A stretch of 64,000 nucleotides of DNA, from IMG/VR virus record IMGVR_UViG_2684623050_000001, positions 53,698-117,697 of that record; one strand, given 5' to 3'. This DNA is from a virus. Its lineage: Duplodnaviria > Caudoviricetes. This document shows, piece by piece, positions 18,041 to 28,077 of the stretch. The notes under the pieces were generated by a model. It did not search any database. It was not told the origin of the DNA and worked only from the letters and a program-made list of their open reading frames with translations. Both the position numbers and the translations under genes were made by a program. How positions within the stretch are numbered: the first letter of the stretch is position 1; each line of letters opens with the position of its first letter.

Positions 18041-18496
18041 TCATGCGGCGAAGTCCCGCCAGTTGCCGGCGTAGTCGGTCGGCAGCGGCGCCGGGCCGTC
18101 CACGAGATCGGTCGAGCACAGGCCCTCGTCGATCTTGTGCTGATGGCGCTCCCGGAAATGCTCGATGGGCTTGGAGAGCACGCGCGCGACCTCGGTGGCC
18201 TCGCACTCGTCGGCCGACAGCTCGGCCGCGCCGCAATAGGCGAGGATCGCGATGCCGATTCCACCGACCTCCTGGGCCGGGTCGCCGGGCGGCCGGGCGT
18301 AGACCTTGGCAGCCAGGCGCTCGATGCGCCCGAGCGGGTAGCCCTCGGCCTGGGCCAGCTCGATCGCCTCCTCCAGGACCCGCTCGACGCGGACCTTGCG
18401 GGTGACGGGGCCGAAGGCGGCCTTGCACCAGGAGAACGTGATGGCCTGGCGCCGATCGCGCCCGAGGCCGGTGAAGAAGTTGATGACCTTGCTCAT
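18041..18496 (-). CDS. MazG-like (all-alpha) nucleotide pyrophosphohydrolase
   Basis: RVLEEAIELAQA...QEVGG acidic helix motifs. Confidence 0.55.
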   Translation of the reverse strand: MSKVINFFTGLGRDRRQAITFSWCKAAFGPVTRKVRVERVLEEAIELAQAEGYPLGRIERLAAKVYARPPGDPAQEVGGIGIAILAYCGAAELSADECEATEVARVLSKPIEHFRERHQHKIDEGLCSTDLVDGPAPLPTDYAGNWRDFAA

Positions 18497-18584
18497 GTCC
18501 CTCTCGTGTGTGGTCAGTCAGTCGTGACTGATGCGCGTGCATATAGCGATCCGGACGCGGCGCTTGCGTCGGGATCGCGTGGGC

Positions 18585-18863
18585 TCAGTTCGTGCGGCCG
18601 AGATCGACCGGATTCTCGCCGACGACGCGGGGATCGCGGCTCATGGTGATGAGGGTCTCCATGATCGTCGGATTCTTGAGCGCGACGGCCAGCGCCATCA
18701 GGAGCGTGCCCTGCTTCTGCTGCGCCTCGGTCAGACCGTCAGCGCCGAGCTTCGCGGTCGAGAACACCTTAAAGGTGCCGTCCTCCTTGAGGATCACGCC
18801 CGCGTCACCCTCCTCGATCGGGGCGGAAACGAAATCGTCAGCGGTCAAGAGGGCCTTGGTCAC
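18585..18863 (-). CDS. Hypothetical protein
   Basis: GTG start with AGGAG RBS. Confidence 0.65.
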   Translation of the reverse strand: MTKALLTADDFVSAPIEEGDAGVILKEDGTFKVFSTAKLGADGLTEAQQKQGTLLMALAVALKNPTIMETLITMSRDPRVVGENPVDLGRTN

Positions 18864-19375
18864 AAAGTTGCTCCTTCTGTGGAAAAGTCGGTTTTCATGC
18901 ACATCAATCCACAGCCTCGGGCTCGCGGATAGGCTTGCATTCCTGTCTCGGGTGCGGAACAAACAGGGAACGGAACGGAGTCGATTCGCCGCAATTAACC
19001 CACCAGAAAGTCAGAAGCCCCGGAGCGGGGCGTCCGGGGCTTCCTGCGGTAGATCTTCTTGCTCGAAACCACCTTTGGGCGGAAAGGGCCCTTGGTCAGA
19101 GCTTGAGCATACGGGTTTCGTTTCTTGAGCTTGTCACTCATGTTCCTATCTCGTCATCTGCACTCAATCTGTGTAGCACGCTGAACGCGGCGCTACACAA
19201 AAATGACACGGCAAGAGCTTGGCCGTGAGGGTGCGACACTCTGTCAGGGCGCCGTCGCAGTGAATGCCCGATTACAGGGCTGCCGCTGTCCAAAATTCGG
19301 ACACGGTTCATGTGGAAACGAACACAGAACCGTGACCCGGAGCACACACCTGGGCACGTATGGGGATTGGTCTCG

Positions 19376-20041
19376 ATGGCTGAAGTGGGTCACATTGAGT
19401 TCGAGGCCGCTGTCGATCGGATGAAGCTCAGGTTGAACCTGGCTGCCGCCGACGTCGTGCGGGAGATGGGTGGACAGTTCAATCCGGACGCCATGGTGCG
19501 GCAGGCTTCCCAAAGCCTCGACGAGGCCGCGCGCGAGCTTCTCATGTTCGGCGGCGACCTCTGGCCCTACGGCGAGGAGTCCCCTCCCCCGCTCTCCTAT
19601 GCGGACAACATCATCCCTTTCGCCAAACGCTCCGCGCGATCCGCCCTAACTAGGACCCGCGCGGCTGCCGGCGCCGTGGCCCGCAGCGTCGTGGTGATCG
19701 CCGGCATCCTCGTGCTGGCCGCGGCGACGACGGACAAGGTGAATCTGCCCGGCATGCCGGCAGTGGCCGCCTACATCTACTCCAAGAACCCCGATCCGCA
19801 GCTCGTCCGCTACGTCGAGCACAAGGGCAAGTTCATGCGGGTCGAGGCGCGCCGCGTGCCCGGCGAGCCCTTCGACGTTCTCCACATCACCGACATTCGC
19901 CCGAGCGAGGAAGCGGTCGCCCTCGACCTCGTGGCCGACCCGTTCGAGACCGACACCACGGTCGCGGGCGGCGACGTTCCGGGTTTCGACGGCAAAGGGC
20001 GTCGGCTCGCGCCCGACGCCCTAACCGCGAACCAGAGCTAG
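19376..20041 (+). CDS. Hypothetical membrane protein (one of few plus-strand genes)
   Basis: Central TM segment VVVIAGILVLAAA; good codon bias; start uncertain. Confidence 0.65.
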   Translation: MAEVGHIEFEAAVDRMKLRLNLAAADVVREMGGQFNPDAMVRQASQSLDEAARELLMFGGDLWPYGEESPPPLSYADNIIPFAKRSARSALTRTRAAAGAVARSVVVIAGILVLAAATTDKVNLPGMPAVAAYIYSKNPDPQLVRYVEHKGKFMRVEARRVPGEPFDVLHITDIRPSEEAVALDLVADPFETDTTVAGGDVPGFDGKGRRLAPDALTANQS

Positions 20042-20385
20042 AACATGCCCCACATATCCGCCCAGTCCGGGTCCTTGGCCTGCTTGTAGGCCGCGGCTCC
20101 ACTGGGCGCAGGTGTCTCGGGCGCCGCAGGTTTCTGCGCTTCGCCCTTTCGCCCGTTCGCTGCTTCGACCAGACGCTCCACGTAGCCGGCGAGCGCCTTG
20201 CGGGCCCGACGATACTGAGGCGGGGTCATGCGGTCGTCGTAGAGCGGGAGCTTGGCGTTGATGTCGGCAAGGAAGCCGGCGTCCGGACCGTCGCCGAACC
20301 CCTCCCCTGCCAGGCGTTTGATCGCCCGCTTCACCGCCTCGTCGTTGCGCTCCAGGAGCGCGAGGATCGTCTCCGACGTGTGCAT
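20038..20385 (-). CDS. Hypothetical protein ending in WGMF
   Basis: Start MHTSET, coupled. Confidence 0.7.
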   Translation of the reverse strand: MHTSETILALLERNDEAVKRAIKRLAGEGFGDGPDAGFLADINAKLPLYDDRMTPPQYRRARKALAGYVERLVEAANGRKGEAQKPAAPETPAPSGAAAYKQAKDPDWADMWGMF

Positions 20386-20666
20386 CAGCGGCCCTCCCAC
20401 ATCGCCTTGAGTTTCGCCACGCCGGCCTTGGCTTCGTCGTGGTCGTATTTCGGGTGGCGCTTCCAGAACTCCAGCTTCTTCTCGCACATGGTCAGCTCGA
20501 CCCGTGCGCGCCGCTGCTCCTCACGGTCCTTGGTCGACTTCGCGATGAAGTCGAGCATGAGGTAGTTCTCGTAGTGGCGCAGATAGGCTTTGGTGCCGTT
20601 CATGCGCCACACGTCAATCTTGACGCCTTCGCCGCTCTTGTTGTCGGCGTAGAAGATCGCAGCCAT
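20385..20666 (-). CDS. Hypothetical protein
   Basis: 93-aa ORF after promoter motif. Confidence 0.7.
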   Translation of the reverse strand: MAAIFYADNKSGEGVKIDVWRMNGTKAYLRHYENYLMLDFIAKSTKDREEQRRARVELTMCEKKLEFWKRHPKYDHDEAKAGVAKLKAMWEGR

Positions 20667-20735
20667 TGCTGTTCTCTCGTCTTGTTTCGACTGAGAGAAG
20701 ATCGCACGCAGAACTCGGCGTGTCGGTTGGCGCGT

Positions 20736-20951
20736 CTAGGAGGATGTGAAGCCCGCGTGTCGGAAGGCCGGGTGTTCCATGCCGGTCGTAGCTGTGGCGT
20801 GGTGAACCTGCTCGACGCTCTCGATCTTCGGGCAGCCATGCATGGTCGAGGCGGCCCGCTGGACGTTCGTGCCGGCGACCTCGGCCGACGGCGCCTCGAC
20901 CACGACGACGTGCGTGTGGCCAAGGCGCGAAAGGGTGACGCGGTAGCGCAT
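20736..20951 (-). CDS. Hypothetical protein
   Basis: GGAGG RBS. Confidence 0.5.
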   Translation of the reverse strand: MRYRVTLSRLGHTHVVVVEAPSAEVAGTNVQRAASTMHGCPKIESVEQVHHATATTGMEHPAFRHAGFTSS

Positions 20952-20960
20952 GATTCCCTC

Positions 20961-21209
20961 CTACTCGTCGTAGAGCTCGACCGCGAACACCGCGTCCAGG
21001 TCGATGAAGGTGCGCTGCGGCTCGGTCGTGGCCCGGCCGCTGGTGTCGGACGGCTCCTCGATCACGAGCACCGGACCGGCCTGGGTCGCGATCAGCCGAT
21101 GGGCGCCGGCGTGCTTACCGGCCAGCGTCGTGACCTCGATGTGGTAGCCCTCGCCCTCCTGGCGCTTCTCGATCTCGGCGATGATCGCCTTGAATTTGAC
21201 CGCGTGCAT
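20961..21209 (-). CDS. Hypothetical protein
   Basis: 82-aa ORF, GAGG RBS. Confidence 0.65.
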   Translation of the reverse strand: MHAVKFKAIIAEIEKRQEGEGYHIEVTTLAGKHAGAHRLIATQAGPVLVIEEPSDTSGRATTEPQRTFIDLDAVFAVELYDE

Positions 21210-21813
21210 GTCGCCCTCTCGCTCGGTAGCGATTTCGCTACCCTCACAAAAGGACGGGCGCCCAAGCCGTTAAGCCTGGGCGCCCGCGAAAGGTATGAGA
21301 GACAGGTGGTGTCCCGATTTCGACTCAGCGCCCTCGGGACCACGGACGGAGCGTCTGGTGCTGCCCTTCCCTCCCCTTGACGTGGGCGATCTCCGGCTGG
21401 GTTAAGGTCGTCAGCATCGACCCGCTGTTCAGCGATTCTTGGCGCAATCTCTGCCGGCCCCTCACGGGGATTCACGTTGGCGATCGCGTTGCCTGGCCCT
21501 GTGCTCGGGCCCTGTGCCTCCGTTCGAGGCGGGCTGTCGATTTCGTGCGGCAGGCTCACCGAGGCTGCAATGTCCTCGTCTCTCGCCTTGTGGGGCCGCT
21601 ATCGTAACTGGGTGATGCCGTCAGGCGCTGGTCAGAACTTCATGACGATCTCCTTTGCGTCTCGTGTTGTCGCGCTACACGTCACTGCCGAAGCTCAGTG
21701 TGTCTCTTGCGCGCTCGCTGTCGCTGTTGACTTAGACAAGATGCACTGACGAACGAGGGTAAGCTACTCGCTCATCAATGGTATCTCGCGTTCGCTAAAC
21801 CGCCCTTCCGCTG

Positions 21814-22197
21814 TTAGGCGGCGACGGGCATCGGGACCGACGTCGGGGCGGCGTAGGGCACGCTCACCGAGACGAAGGTGTAGAGGGTGCGCGGATCGAC
21901 GGCCTTCGCCTTGTCCGCGGCCTTGGCCTGGCGCGCTTCGAGCGCGTCGACCACGGTGCGCAGATCGGCGGGGCGGCCGACGTTGGCGACGAAGGCGCCC
22001 GGCTGGCCGGCGAGGAACTGACCGAGGAAGCCGATCTGCACGCTCTGCACGGTGCCCTTGACCTCGCCGTCGGTGCAGCTGACGGTCACGTCCTCGTTCT
22101 GACGGACGTTCACGAAGGCTTCGGTGCCGAGGAGCAGGTCGTAGAGGCCCATGCCGTTGGTGACGGAAGCCTTGGGCGCGTTCACGGTGATGTTCAT
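21814..22197 (-). CDS. Hypothetical protein
   Basis: Strong codon bias. Confidence 0.7.
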   Translation of the reverse strand: MNITVNAPKASVTNGMGLYDLLLGTEAFVNVRQNEDVTVSCTDGEVKGTVQSVQIGFLGQFLAGQPGAFVANVGRPADLRTVVDALEARQAKAADKAKAVDPRTLYTFVSVSVPYAAPTSVPMPVAA

Positions 22198-22211
22198 GTG
22201 GTCTTTCGCTT

Positions 22212-22724
22212 TCAGAGGGAGGCGGTGCGCATGATCTTGCGACCATACGCAGTGCAGGACGGGCGAGCGCCGATCCCGCGGTTATACAGGGAGACACCAG
22301 CGCAGCCGGCCCCTCCCCGATTGATGGCCGCGCGCAGGTAGCGCATCGCGCCCCTGATGTTGTCGCGGCAGTTGAAGACGTTCCGCACGCCCATCGCCCG
22401 AGCGGTGCCACGGGTGAGCTGGCCGGCGCCCGAGGCCGACGAGTGCGGATTCTTGGCGCGGCAGTTGTAGCCGCTCTCGATCTTGATGACGGCGTGGGCG
22501 AGCCGGTTGGGGACGCCGGCCGCGGCCGCTTCCTGGCTGACGATCTGCTGGACCGAACCGCCCTCGGCCTGGCCGGTGAGACGGTTGAGGCGGGTGTTGA
22601 TCCCGTGAACCGGCGCTTCCACACGACCGAGCAGGCGGTCGAAGAAGCTGTCCTGGGCCTGGGCCCCGGTGGCTGCGGTCAAGGTCGTCAATGCGACCAG
22701 GGCCGCGCTCATCGTAAGGCGCAT
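22212..22724 (-). CDS. Exported lytic transglycosylase (SLT domain)
   Basis: Signal peptide; IKIESGYN, ASGAGQL, NIRGAMRYL, YNRG motifs. Confidence 0.85.
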   Translation of the reverse strand: MRLTMSAALVALTTLTAATGAQAQDSFFDRLLGRVEAPVHGINTRLNRLTGQAEGGSVQQIVSQEAAAAGVPNRLAHAVIKIESGYNCRAKNPHSSASGAGQLTRGTARAMGVRNVFNCRDNIRGAMRYLRAAINRGGAGCAGVSLYNRGIGARPSCTAYGRKIMRTASL

Positions 22725-22983
22725 GGCCTTCTCCTTGTTGCTCTCCAGTGCGCTCAGTAAGTCAGCGCTGACTGATTATAGCAGTGCGCGCTTGGCGTTT
22801 TCAAAGCGATCGACACAGACCGGACTCAGAGGCGGCGTGGAATGCGCGACGTTGCTCTGTGAGACGCGCGAACGCTTTCGAGCATCGCTGATGCGTCGCG
22901 AGCGAACCGACGCTGTGCGAGCTTCTGAGAGCGTCGCAGATCGCGTCCTAGCGAGAGAGCGAAGTCGCTGTTTCGCGAAACGC

Positions 22984-23008
22984 AAAAGCCCCGCACGAGG
23001 GCGGGGCT
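22984..23008 (-). terminator. Rho-independent terminator
   Basis: AGCCCCGC/GCGGGGCT stem followed by TTTT on the minus strand. Confidence 0.7.
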
Positions 23009-23032
23009 TAGGGTCGTCAGCAGGGGAGGGCG

Positions 23033-23647
23033 CTAGGTGATTCCGAGCGCCCGATTGGCGTAGCTCAGGATGCGAGCCTGCCGGTCGGCGTCGGGCGGGT
23101 TCTTGGCCTCGTAGCGGATGACTTCGAGGACCTGGCGCACATCGTCGAGCGGGATCGGGTCGGTGCTCGGACCCTCGACCTCGATCATCTCCTCAAACAG
23201 ACCTTCCGACAGCATGCGAACCACGCCGAGCAGCCGGCGCCAGTTGGGGTTCTGATCCATCCAGCGCTCCGGGGAGGGGCCCTTCTCCTCCAGCTCGATC
23301 GCCCGCGTCACGAGCCGCGCCAGCGAACCCAGGCCCGAGGAATCGTCCTTGTAGCCCTCATGCCGGAACTGCGGCCCGCCGACGTAGCGGAAGCGCTCGG
23401 CCTTGCCGTCCTCACCGACGAGATCGAGGAAGCCGGGCCACTGGTTCTCGGGGCTGAACGCCAGCGAGCGAATCCAAGCATCGTCGCCCTCACCCACGAA
23501 CGGCTGGTAGACCACGAGCGGCTCCAGGGTCTCGCTGTGTCGGCCGACGGTCAGCACGGTGTAGAGATCGCCCGTCCTGAAATGCTGCCAGATCGAACCG
23601 TTGCCGGGCGCGTGGTCTGGAATGGGCGGAAGCTGCTTGACCGACAA
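23033..23647 (-). CDS. DUF1653-domain protein
   Basis: WQHFRTGDLYTVLTVGRHSETLEPLVVYQ. Confidence 0.75.
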   Translation of the reverse strand: MSVKQLPPIPDHAPGNGSIWQHFRTGDLYTVLTVGRHSETLEPLVVYQPFVGEGDDAWIRSLAFSPENQWPGFLDLVGEDGKAERFRYVGGPQFRHEGYKDDSSGLGSLARLVTRAIELEEKGPSPERWMDQNPNWRRLLGVVRMLSEGLFEEMIEVEGPSTDPIPLDDVRQVLEVIRYEAKNPPDADRQARILSYANRALGIT

Positions 23648-23679
23648 GAGATTTCTCCTTTCGCTAAGTCGCTGGGTGG

Positions 23680-23880
23680 CTATTTCGTGAAGACCAGGGT
23701 CCGGAAGACCTCGATCTCGGCGATGGCCGCTTCCATCCGCATCTTTGCCTCGGAGGAGAGGTCATTCATCTCCTGCGGGTCTTCCTCGTCGGTGAGGCTG
23801 CGCAGGGAAAGGATGGCGTTGTTGCACTGCCGGATGGCAGCGAGCCGGCGCTTCTCGCGCTCCTTCTGAGCGTCTGTCAC
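23680..23880 (-). CDS. Hypothetical protein
   Basis: GTGA-coupled ORF. Confidence 0.6.
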   Translation of the reverse strand: MTDAQKEREKRRLAAIRQCNNAILSLRSLTDEEDPQEMNDLSSEAKMRMEAAIAEIEVFRTLVFTK

Positions 23881-24311
23881 TCCGGCCGCTCCCAGTGCTT
23901 GATCGCCGCGTCGCCGATCAGCAGCGCGACCGAGCCGACCAGAACGTCGGACATGGCGACGAGGCCGTTGGGCTGTCGCGTCACAAGGCCGGACCGGAGC
24001 ATCGCCGAGGCCCAGAGCTTCGTGGCGATCATGTTGACCGGCCGACCCTCGACCTTGCCGTCCTCGTTGCAGAAGCAGCGGCAGGCCTGCGGCTCGGTGA
24101 TGATCGGCTGCGGCATCAGCTTCCGGACGCTCGCCTCGTCGGCGTAGGTCAGAAGCGCGATGTCCAGCTCGATCGTGTCGAAGCTGGCGACCGGCTCGAT
24201 GTAGCCGTCGACCGCCTTCTGAAGCTGGCCGAGATAGGGCTCGCCGTCGAGCGTGTCCTCGACCGTCACGCGGTTGTCGGGGTGGATGATGATGACGTGG
24301 CCGCTGGGCAT
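23877..24311 (-). CDS. DUF3846-like protein
   Basis: LQKAVDGYIE...CNEDGK...PVNMIAT. Confidence 0.65.
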   Translation of the reverse strand: MPSGHVIIIHPDNRVTVEDTLDGEPYLGQLQKAVDGYIEPVASFDTIELDIALLTYADEASVRKLMPQPIITEPQACRCFCNEDGKVEGRPVNMIATKLWASAMLRSGLVTRQPNGLVAMSDVLVGSVALLIGDAAIKHWERPE

Positions 24312-24360
24312 CTTGCTTCGCTCCTTCGCTTTTAGGCTGTTTCGCTAAATCGCGGCGTCG

Positions 24361-24933
24361 CTACTCTGCGAGGATCGCGGCGATGCGCTTGAACTTGTCG
24401 AGCGACACCGAGCCGATGCGCTCGACGTGAACGGTCCGGTTCGGCTGGATGCGGCCGTTGATGCCGTGCCCGTGCAGCCGGAGCTCCTCGTCGTCGGAGC
24501 TGCGCTCTGTGCGGAAGCCGAGGGCTTGAAGCTCGGGCTCCTGCGCCACAATCCAGGACTTCTGCTCCAGGTGGGCGGCGTAGTGCTCGCGTCGGTTCGC
24601 GAGAGCCCCGACCGACGCATCGAGAATCCGCTTCTGGACCTCGCGCACGATACGCTCGACGGGTCGGGTGATGTCGAATTTGCCGTGGGCGCACCGATAC
24701 TCGTCGCCCATCGGCATGTAGGGGTAGTAGGGAATCTCGTCCGGGAAGACGCCGATCTGAACGCGGCTCCCGCAGTTCCCGCAGTTCGTCTGCTCGGCGA
24801 CCCGCACGCGATCCTTCCCGATCAGGAAGGACATGCTCCAATGATGACCGAAACCCTCGTCCTTCCGGAGATCGGTGCCGCCCAGGTCGATACAGAGCGC
24901 AGCGACGAACTCCATGAACTGCTTCTCTTCCAT
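24361..24933 (-). CDS. Hypothetical protein
   Basis: 190-aa ORF. Confidence 0.7.
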   Translation of the reverse strand: MEEKQFMEFVAALCIDLGGTDLRKDEGFGHHWSMSFLIGKDRVRVAEQTNCGNCGSRVQIGVFPDEIPYYPYMPMGDEYRCAHGKFDITRPVERIVREVQKRILDASVGALANRREHYAAHLEQKSWIVAQEPELQALGFRTERSSDDEELRLHGHGINGRIQPNRTVHVERIGSVSLDKFKRIAAILAE

Positions 24934-25007
24934 CGCTCTTTCGCTCCTTCGCTGTGTGGCTGTTTCGCGATGTAGCGAAGGCGGGGATTGCTCCCCGCCC
25001 TCGTGAC

Positions 25008-25901
25008 TTAGAGGCTCATGAGGATCTTGAGCGCCGCGGCGAGCACGCTCTTGTCGTGGAGCTTGATCTTGTTGCCCGAGCGCACCGCGATCTTGAGCGC
25101 GGGGAACAGCGCCATCATCTGCCCCGACTGCGAGCGCGCGGTGCCCTCGCCGAGCCCCGTCGCCTTGAGGGCGTTCGTGAGCTCCACGCCCGTCATCTCG
25201 CCGCCCGGAGCGGCAGCCAGGGCCCGGAAGGCGATCTGCGTGTAGGTCGAGGGCAGACGCTCGTTGGCGACGCTCACGAGGAGATTCTCGAACTTCTCGC
25301 GGACCTTCTTCTGCGCGGGGCAGGCGGCGATCACGGCGGCCTTGTGGGCGGCGAGATCGGCCGGCGCCTCGCCGTCGGTGAGGACGAAGATCTCGGCCGG
25401 CAGGTCGTTGAGGCCCTGGCGCACGCGGCCGGTGCCGGCGCTCGTCTTCTTGACCGCCTTCGCGGGCTTGGCAGCCGCGGCAGTCGCAGCGGCATCGGCG
25501 TCGAGGCTGGTGTCGTCGGCCGGCTGCTCGGCGTAGATCGCGTCGCGCTGCTCCTCGACCTCGATCTCCGCGCCGATCGCGTCGGCCAGGTCCTCGGTCA
25601 CTTCGGTCTCCGGCGTGTCGGTGCCGCTCGCGACGATCGCCTCGTCGTCGCCGCCCTCGATCTCGGTCGCTTCCATCGAGACGGTCTCGGTGTCGGCCGC
25701 AGCCTCACCGGCCTCGATCATCTCCTCGACGGGCTCCTCGACGACCGGCTCCTCTCGGACCTCGGTCTGCTCGGGCGCGGCGTCGGCGACGGCCTCGATC
25801 TCCTGGATGTCGCCCTCGTCGATGTCGAGGTCGGCGAGGAGCAGGTCGATGTCGGCGTTCTGATCGACGTTGAGCGCGGCAGTGTTCGTGTTGACGTCCA
25901 T
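25008..25901 (-). CDS. Very acidic N-terminus plus putative winged-helix C-terminus
   Basis: D/E-rich first half; GLGEGTARSQSGQMMAL motif. Confidence 0.8.
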   Translation of the reverse strand: MDVNTNTAALNVDQNADIDLLLADLDIDEGDIQEIEAVADAAPEQTEVREEPVVEEPVEEMIEAGEAAADTETVSMEATEIEGGDDEAIVASGTDTPETEVTEDLADAIGAEIEVEEQRDAIYAEQPADDTSLDADAAATAAAAKPAKAVKKTSAGTGRVRQGLNDLPAEIFVLTDGEAPADLAAHKAAVIAACPAQKKVREKFENLLVSVANERLPSTYTQIAFRALAAAPGGEMTGVELTNALKATGLGEGTARSQSGQMMALFPALKIAVRSGNKIKLHDKSVLAAALKILMSL

Positions 25902-26043
25902 TGTATGTCTTCCCTCTGTGTGAGCGCTGTGTGCTGCGCTGTGCTGTTGACTATTACGTTATAGCTTCAGCAACTCGGCGTGTCGGCTGGAACACAATGG
26001 AAGACCAGCGGCTTTCGTGCTTCGCTAAACCGCTGGATCGCGA

Positions 26044-26361
26044 CTAGGCGACGACGCGCAGGTAGGGCGCGTGCTTCGGCTTCACCTTCGACGGCGGACG
26101 GTAGCCGGCGCCGACCGGGGCAGGGCGGTTCTCGGGGCACCAGGGATGGGGCATCGCCGCGGTCGGGAAGACCATGCGCTGGCGCTCCATCTTGTCGTGG
26201 AGCTTGGTCTCGCCGGCCCGCAGCAGCTCGAAATCGCCGGCCTTGCCGTCGAGCTGGTAGAAGGTGATGCGGCTCGCATCGAACTCGGCTCGGCTGACGC
26301 CCGGCTCCTCGTTCGCGTTGAACTGCGCGAGGGTCAGATTGTCGTTCACACCCACGAACAT
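26044..26361 (-). CDS. Hypothetical protein
   Basis: ORF directly after operator 26364. Confidence 0.65.
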   Translation of the reverse strand: MFVGVNDNLTLAQFNANEEPGVSRAEFDASRITFYQLDGKAGDFELLRAGETKLHDKMERQRMVFPTAAMPHPWCPENRPAPVGAGYRPPSKVKPKHAPYLRVVA

Positions 26362-26362
26362 G

Positions 26363-26656
26363 CTAACTCACCACTGACTGATTGTTGGAGGGACGGGTCT
26401 GCGGGCGCAGGTTGCCCAGAAGACCCATGACGACGACGCCGAGCTGCGCCACGATCCACATCGGGATGCCGATCACGATGAAGCCGGCGATGAAGCAGAG
26501 CACCAGGAAGGCGAATCCGAACAGGCGCAGAAACTCGGCCGGGGCGTTCCAGACGCCGCGCTCGAAGCCGAGCCAGACCGAGTTCAGGTAGCTCGGGTTG
26601 GGAGCGCCTTCGAGGCCGCGCAGCGCGCGGGTCTTGAACTTACGCGGCTGCCGCAA
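26363..26656 (-). CDS. Small membrane protein
   Basis: Two hydrophobic segments. Confidence 0.55.
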   Translation of the reverse strand: MRQPRKFKTRALRGLEGAPNPSYLNSVWLGFERGVWNAPAEFLRLFGFAFLVLCFIAGFIVIGIPMWIVAQLGVVVMGLLGNLRPQTRPSNNQSVVS

Positions 26657-27209
26657 GGTCGATCTCCGTCGTGTCGAAGGGGAGGGTGAAGCTCTGCCAG
26701 CGAACGCCCTTGAAGAAGCAGGCCATCATGACCTCGACGTCGTAGTCGGCCGCGTGAGCGGCGCCGGTGCTGTAGGGGACGTCGAAGGCCGCGCAGAGCT
26801 TGCCGAGGTTCGGGACCGAACCCTCGGGCGTCGCGCAGCGGCCCTCAAGCATGGTGTCGAACCAGGGCGTCTTGATCTCGGTGAGGCCGATCCGCTTCAG
26901 CTCGTAGTTGGTGAAGGGCGCATCGAAGCCATCGCCGTTGTGGGCGACGATCAGATCGGCGTCGGAGAGGCGCTTGTGAACCTCGGGCGCGACGTCCTTC
27001 CAGACCGGGCAGCCGGCAAGATCCGAGATCGAGATCTTGTGGACCTTCTGCGCTGCCGCGTCGATCGCGCGCTGCGGATTGATCCGCTGCACGTAGCGGT
27101 CGATCAGCTTCTCGGTGCGCAGATCGTAGGTCAGCAGCGCGACCTCGATGATGCGGTGATCGCCGGGCGCGAGGCCCGTCGTCTCGGTGTCGTAGCCGAC
27201 GACCTTCAT
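26640..27209 (-). CDS. dnaQ: DEDDh 3'-5' exonuclease (DnaQ/epsilon-like)
   Basis: YDTETTG, VAHNGDGFD, HAADYD. Confidence 0.88.
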   Translation of the reverse strand: MKVVGYDTETTGLAPGDHRIIEVALLTYDLRTEKLIDRYVQRINPQRAIDAAAQKVHKISISDLAGCPVWKDVAPEVHKRLSDADLIVAHNGDGFDAPFTNYELKRIGLTEIKTPWFDTMLEGRCATPEGSVPNLGKLCAAFDVPYSTGAAHAADYDVEVMMACFFKGVRWQSFTLPFDTTEIDLAAAA

Positions 27210-27721
27210 CACGCGGCGCTCCGGATGCTGTAGTCGCGGTGGCCGCGCCAGGCGTGCATCAGCTGCGCCATCGTCTCCTCGAAATCGTGGTTCTCGTGCT
27301 GGATCGCGATGCCGCCCATCGCCGTCCAGGCGTCGCAGTTGCGGTCCCAGTCGTCGATCAGGATGTCGCCGGGCGCGTGCATGAACAGCGGCTTGTTCTT
27401 GCCGCCCATGACCGGCAGGACCGTCACGTTGGCGCCCAGGTGCTCCCGGACCCACTCGCGCTTCTGGAGCGCGACGCGCTGGTAGTCGGAGCGCGGGCAG
27501 GCCGTCAGGATGATCGGCTCCATGTCGGCGATCTGCCGGTAGAACTCCAGCGCGCCGGGGCAGACCGGCATGTCGCGGAAATAGGTCCCGTGACCCGTGA
27601 TCTTGGCCCACATATCGTTGTCGAGCATCGACTTGTGGTCGACGCCGAACAGCGCCGGGAAATGCGCGTCGAAATCGGCCATCACGCCGTCGAGATCGAG
27701 GTAGAGGCGGCGGGTCGTCAT
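27209..27721 (-). CDS. HAD 5'(3')-deoxyribonucleotidase
   Basis: LYLDLDGVMADF, QKREWV, ILIDD. Confidence 0.85.
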   Translation of the reverse strand: MTTRRLYLDLDGVMADFDAHFPALFGVDHKSMLDNDMWAKITGHGTYFRDMPVCPGALEFYRQIADMEPIILTACPRSDYQRVALQKREWVREHLGANVTVLPVMGGKNKPLFMHAPGDILIDDWDRNCDAWTAMGGIAIQHENHDFEETMAQLMHAWRGHRDYSIRSAA

Positions 27722-28077
27722 TGCGGTGCGTGCTCCTTCAGTTCCTGACGGGCGCGGTAGATGAGCTGGGCGATGTCCCAGTCCACGAGCCCGGACACGG
27801 TGTCGTAGATGCCGTCCACGATGCACCAGAGCTCCCGCCCGGTGATCTGGCCGTCCGAGAATCGCAGCTGGGCGTCGGCGAGTGTGCCTAAAGCCTTGCG
27901 CGTGATCTCGTCTTTCATTGTCGCCCATTCGCTTTTCAGCGGCTTCGCGGGTTCGCGCTTGGGCGATCTGAGTTTCGTGGCGAGCTCCCGGAGCAGCCCC
28001 GAGGCGGGGTTGTCGGGCCTCAGTCGGTCCAGGGCCTTCGCCCCGGCCTCACAAGCGATTGCGTGACGCTCGCTCAT
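27718..28077 (-). CDS. Hypothetical protein
   Basis: First gene after promoter 28117-28136. Confidence 0.65.
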   Translation of the reverse strand: MSERHAIACEAGAKALDRLRPDNPASGLLRELATKLRSPKREPAKPLKSEWATMKDEITRKALGTLADAQLRFSDGQITGRELWCIVDGIYDTVSGLVDWDIAQLIYRARQELKEHAPQ

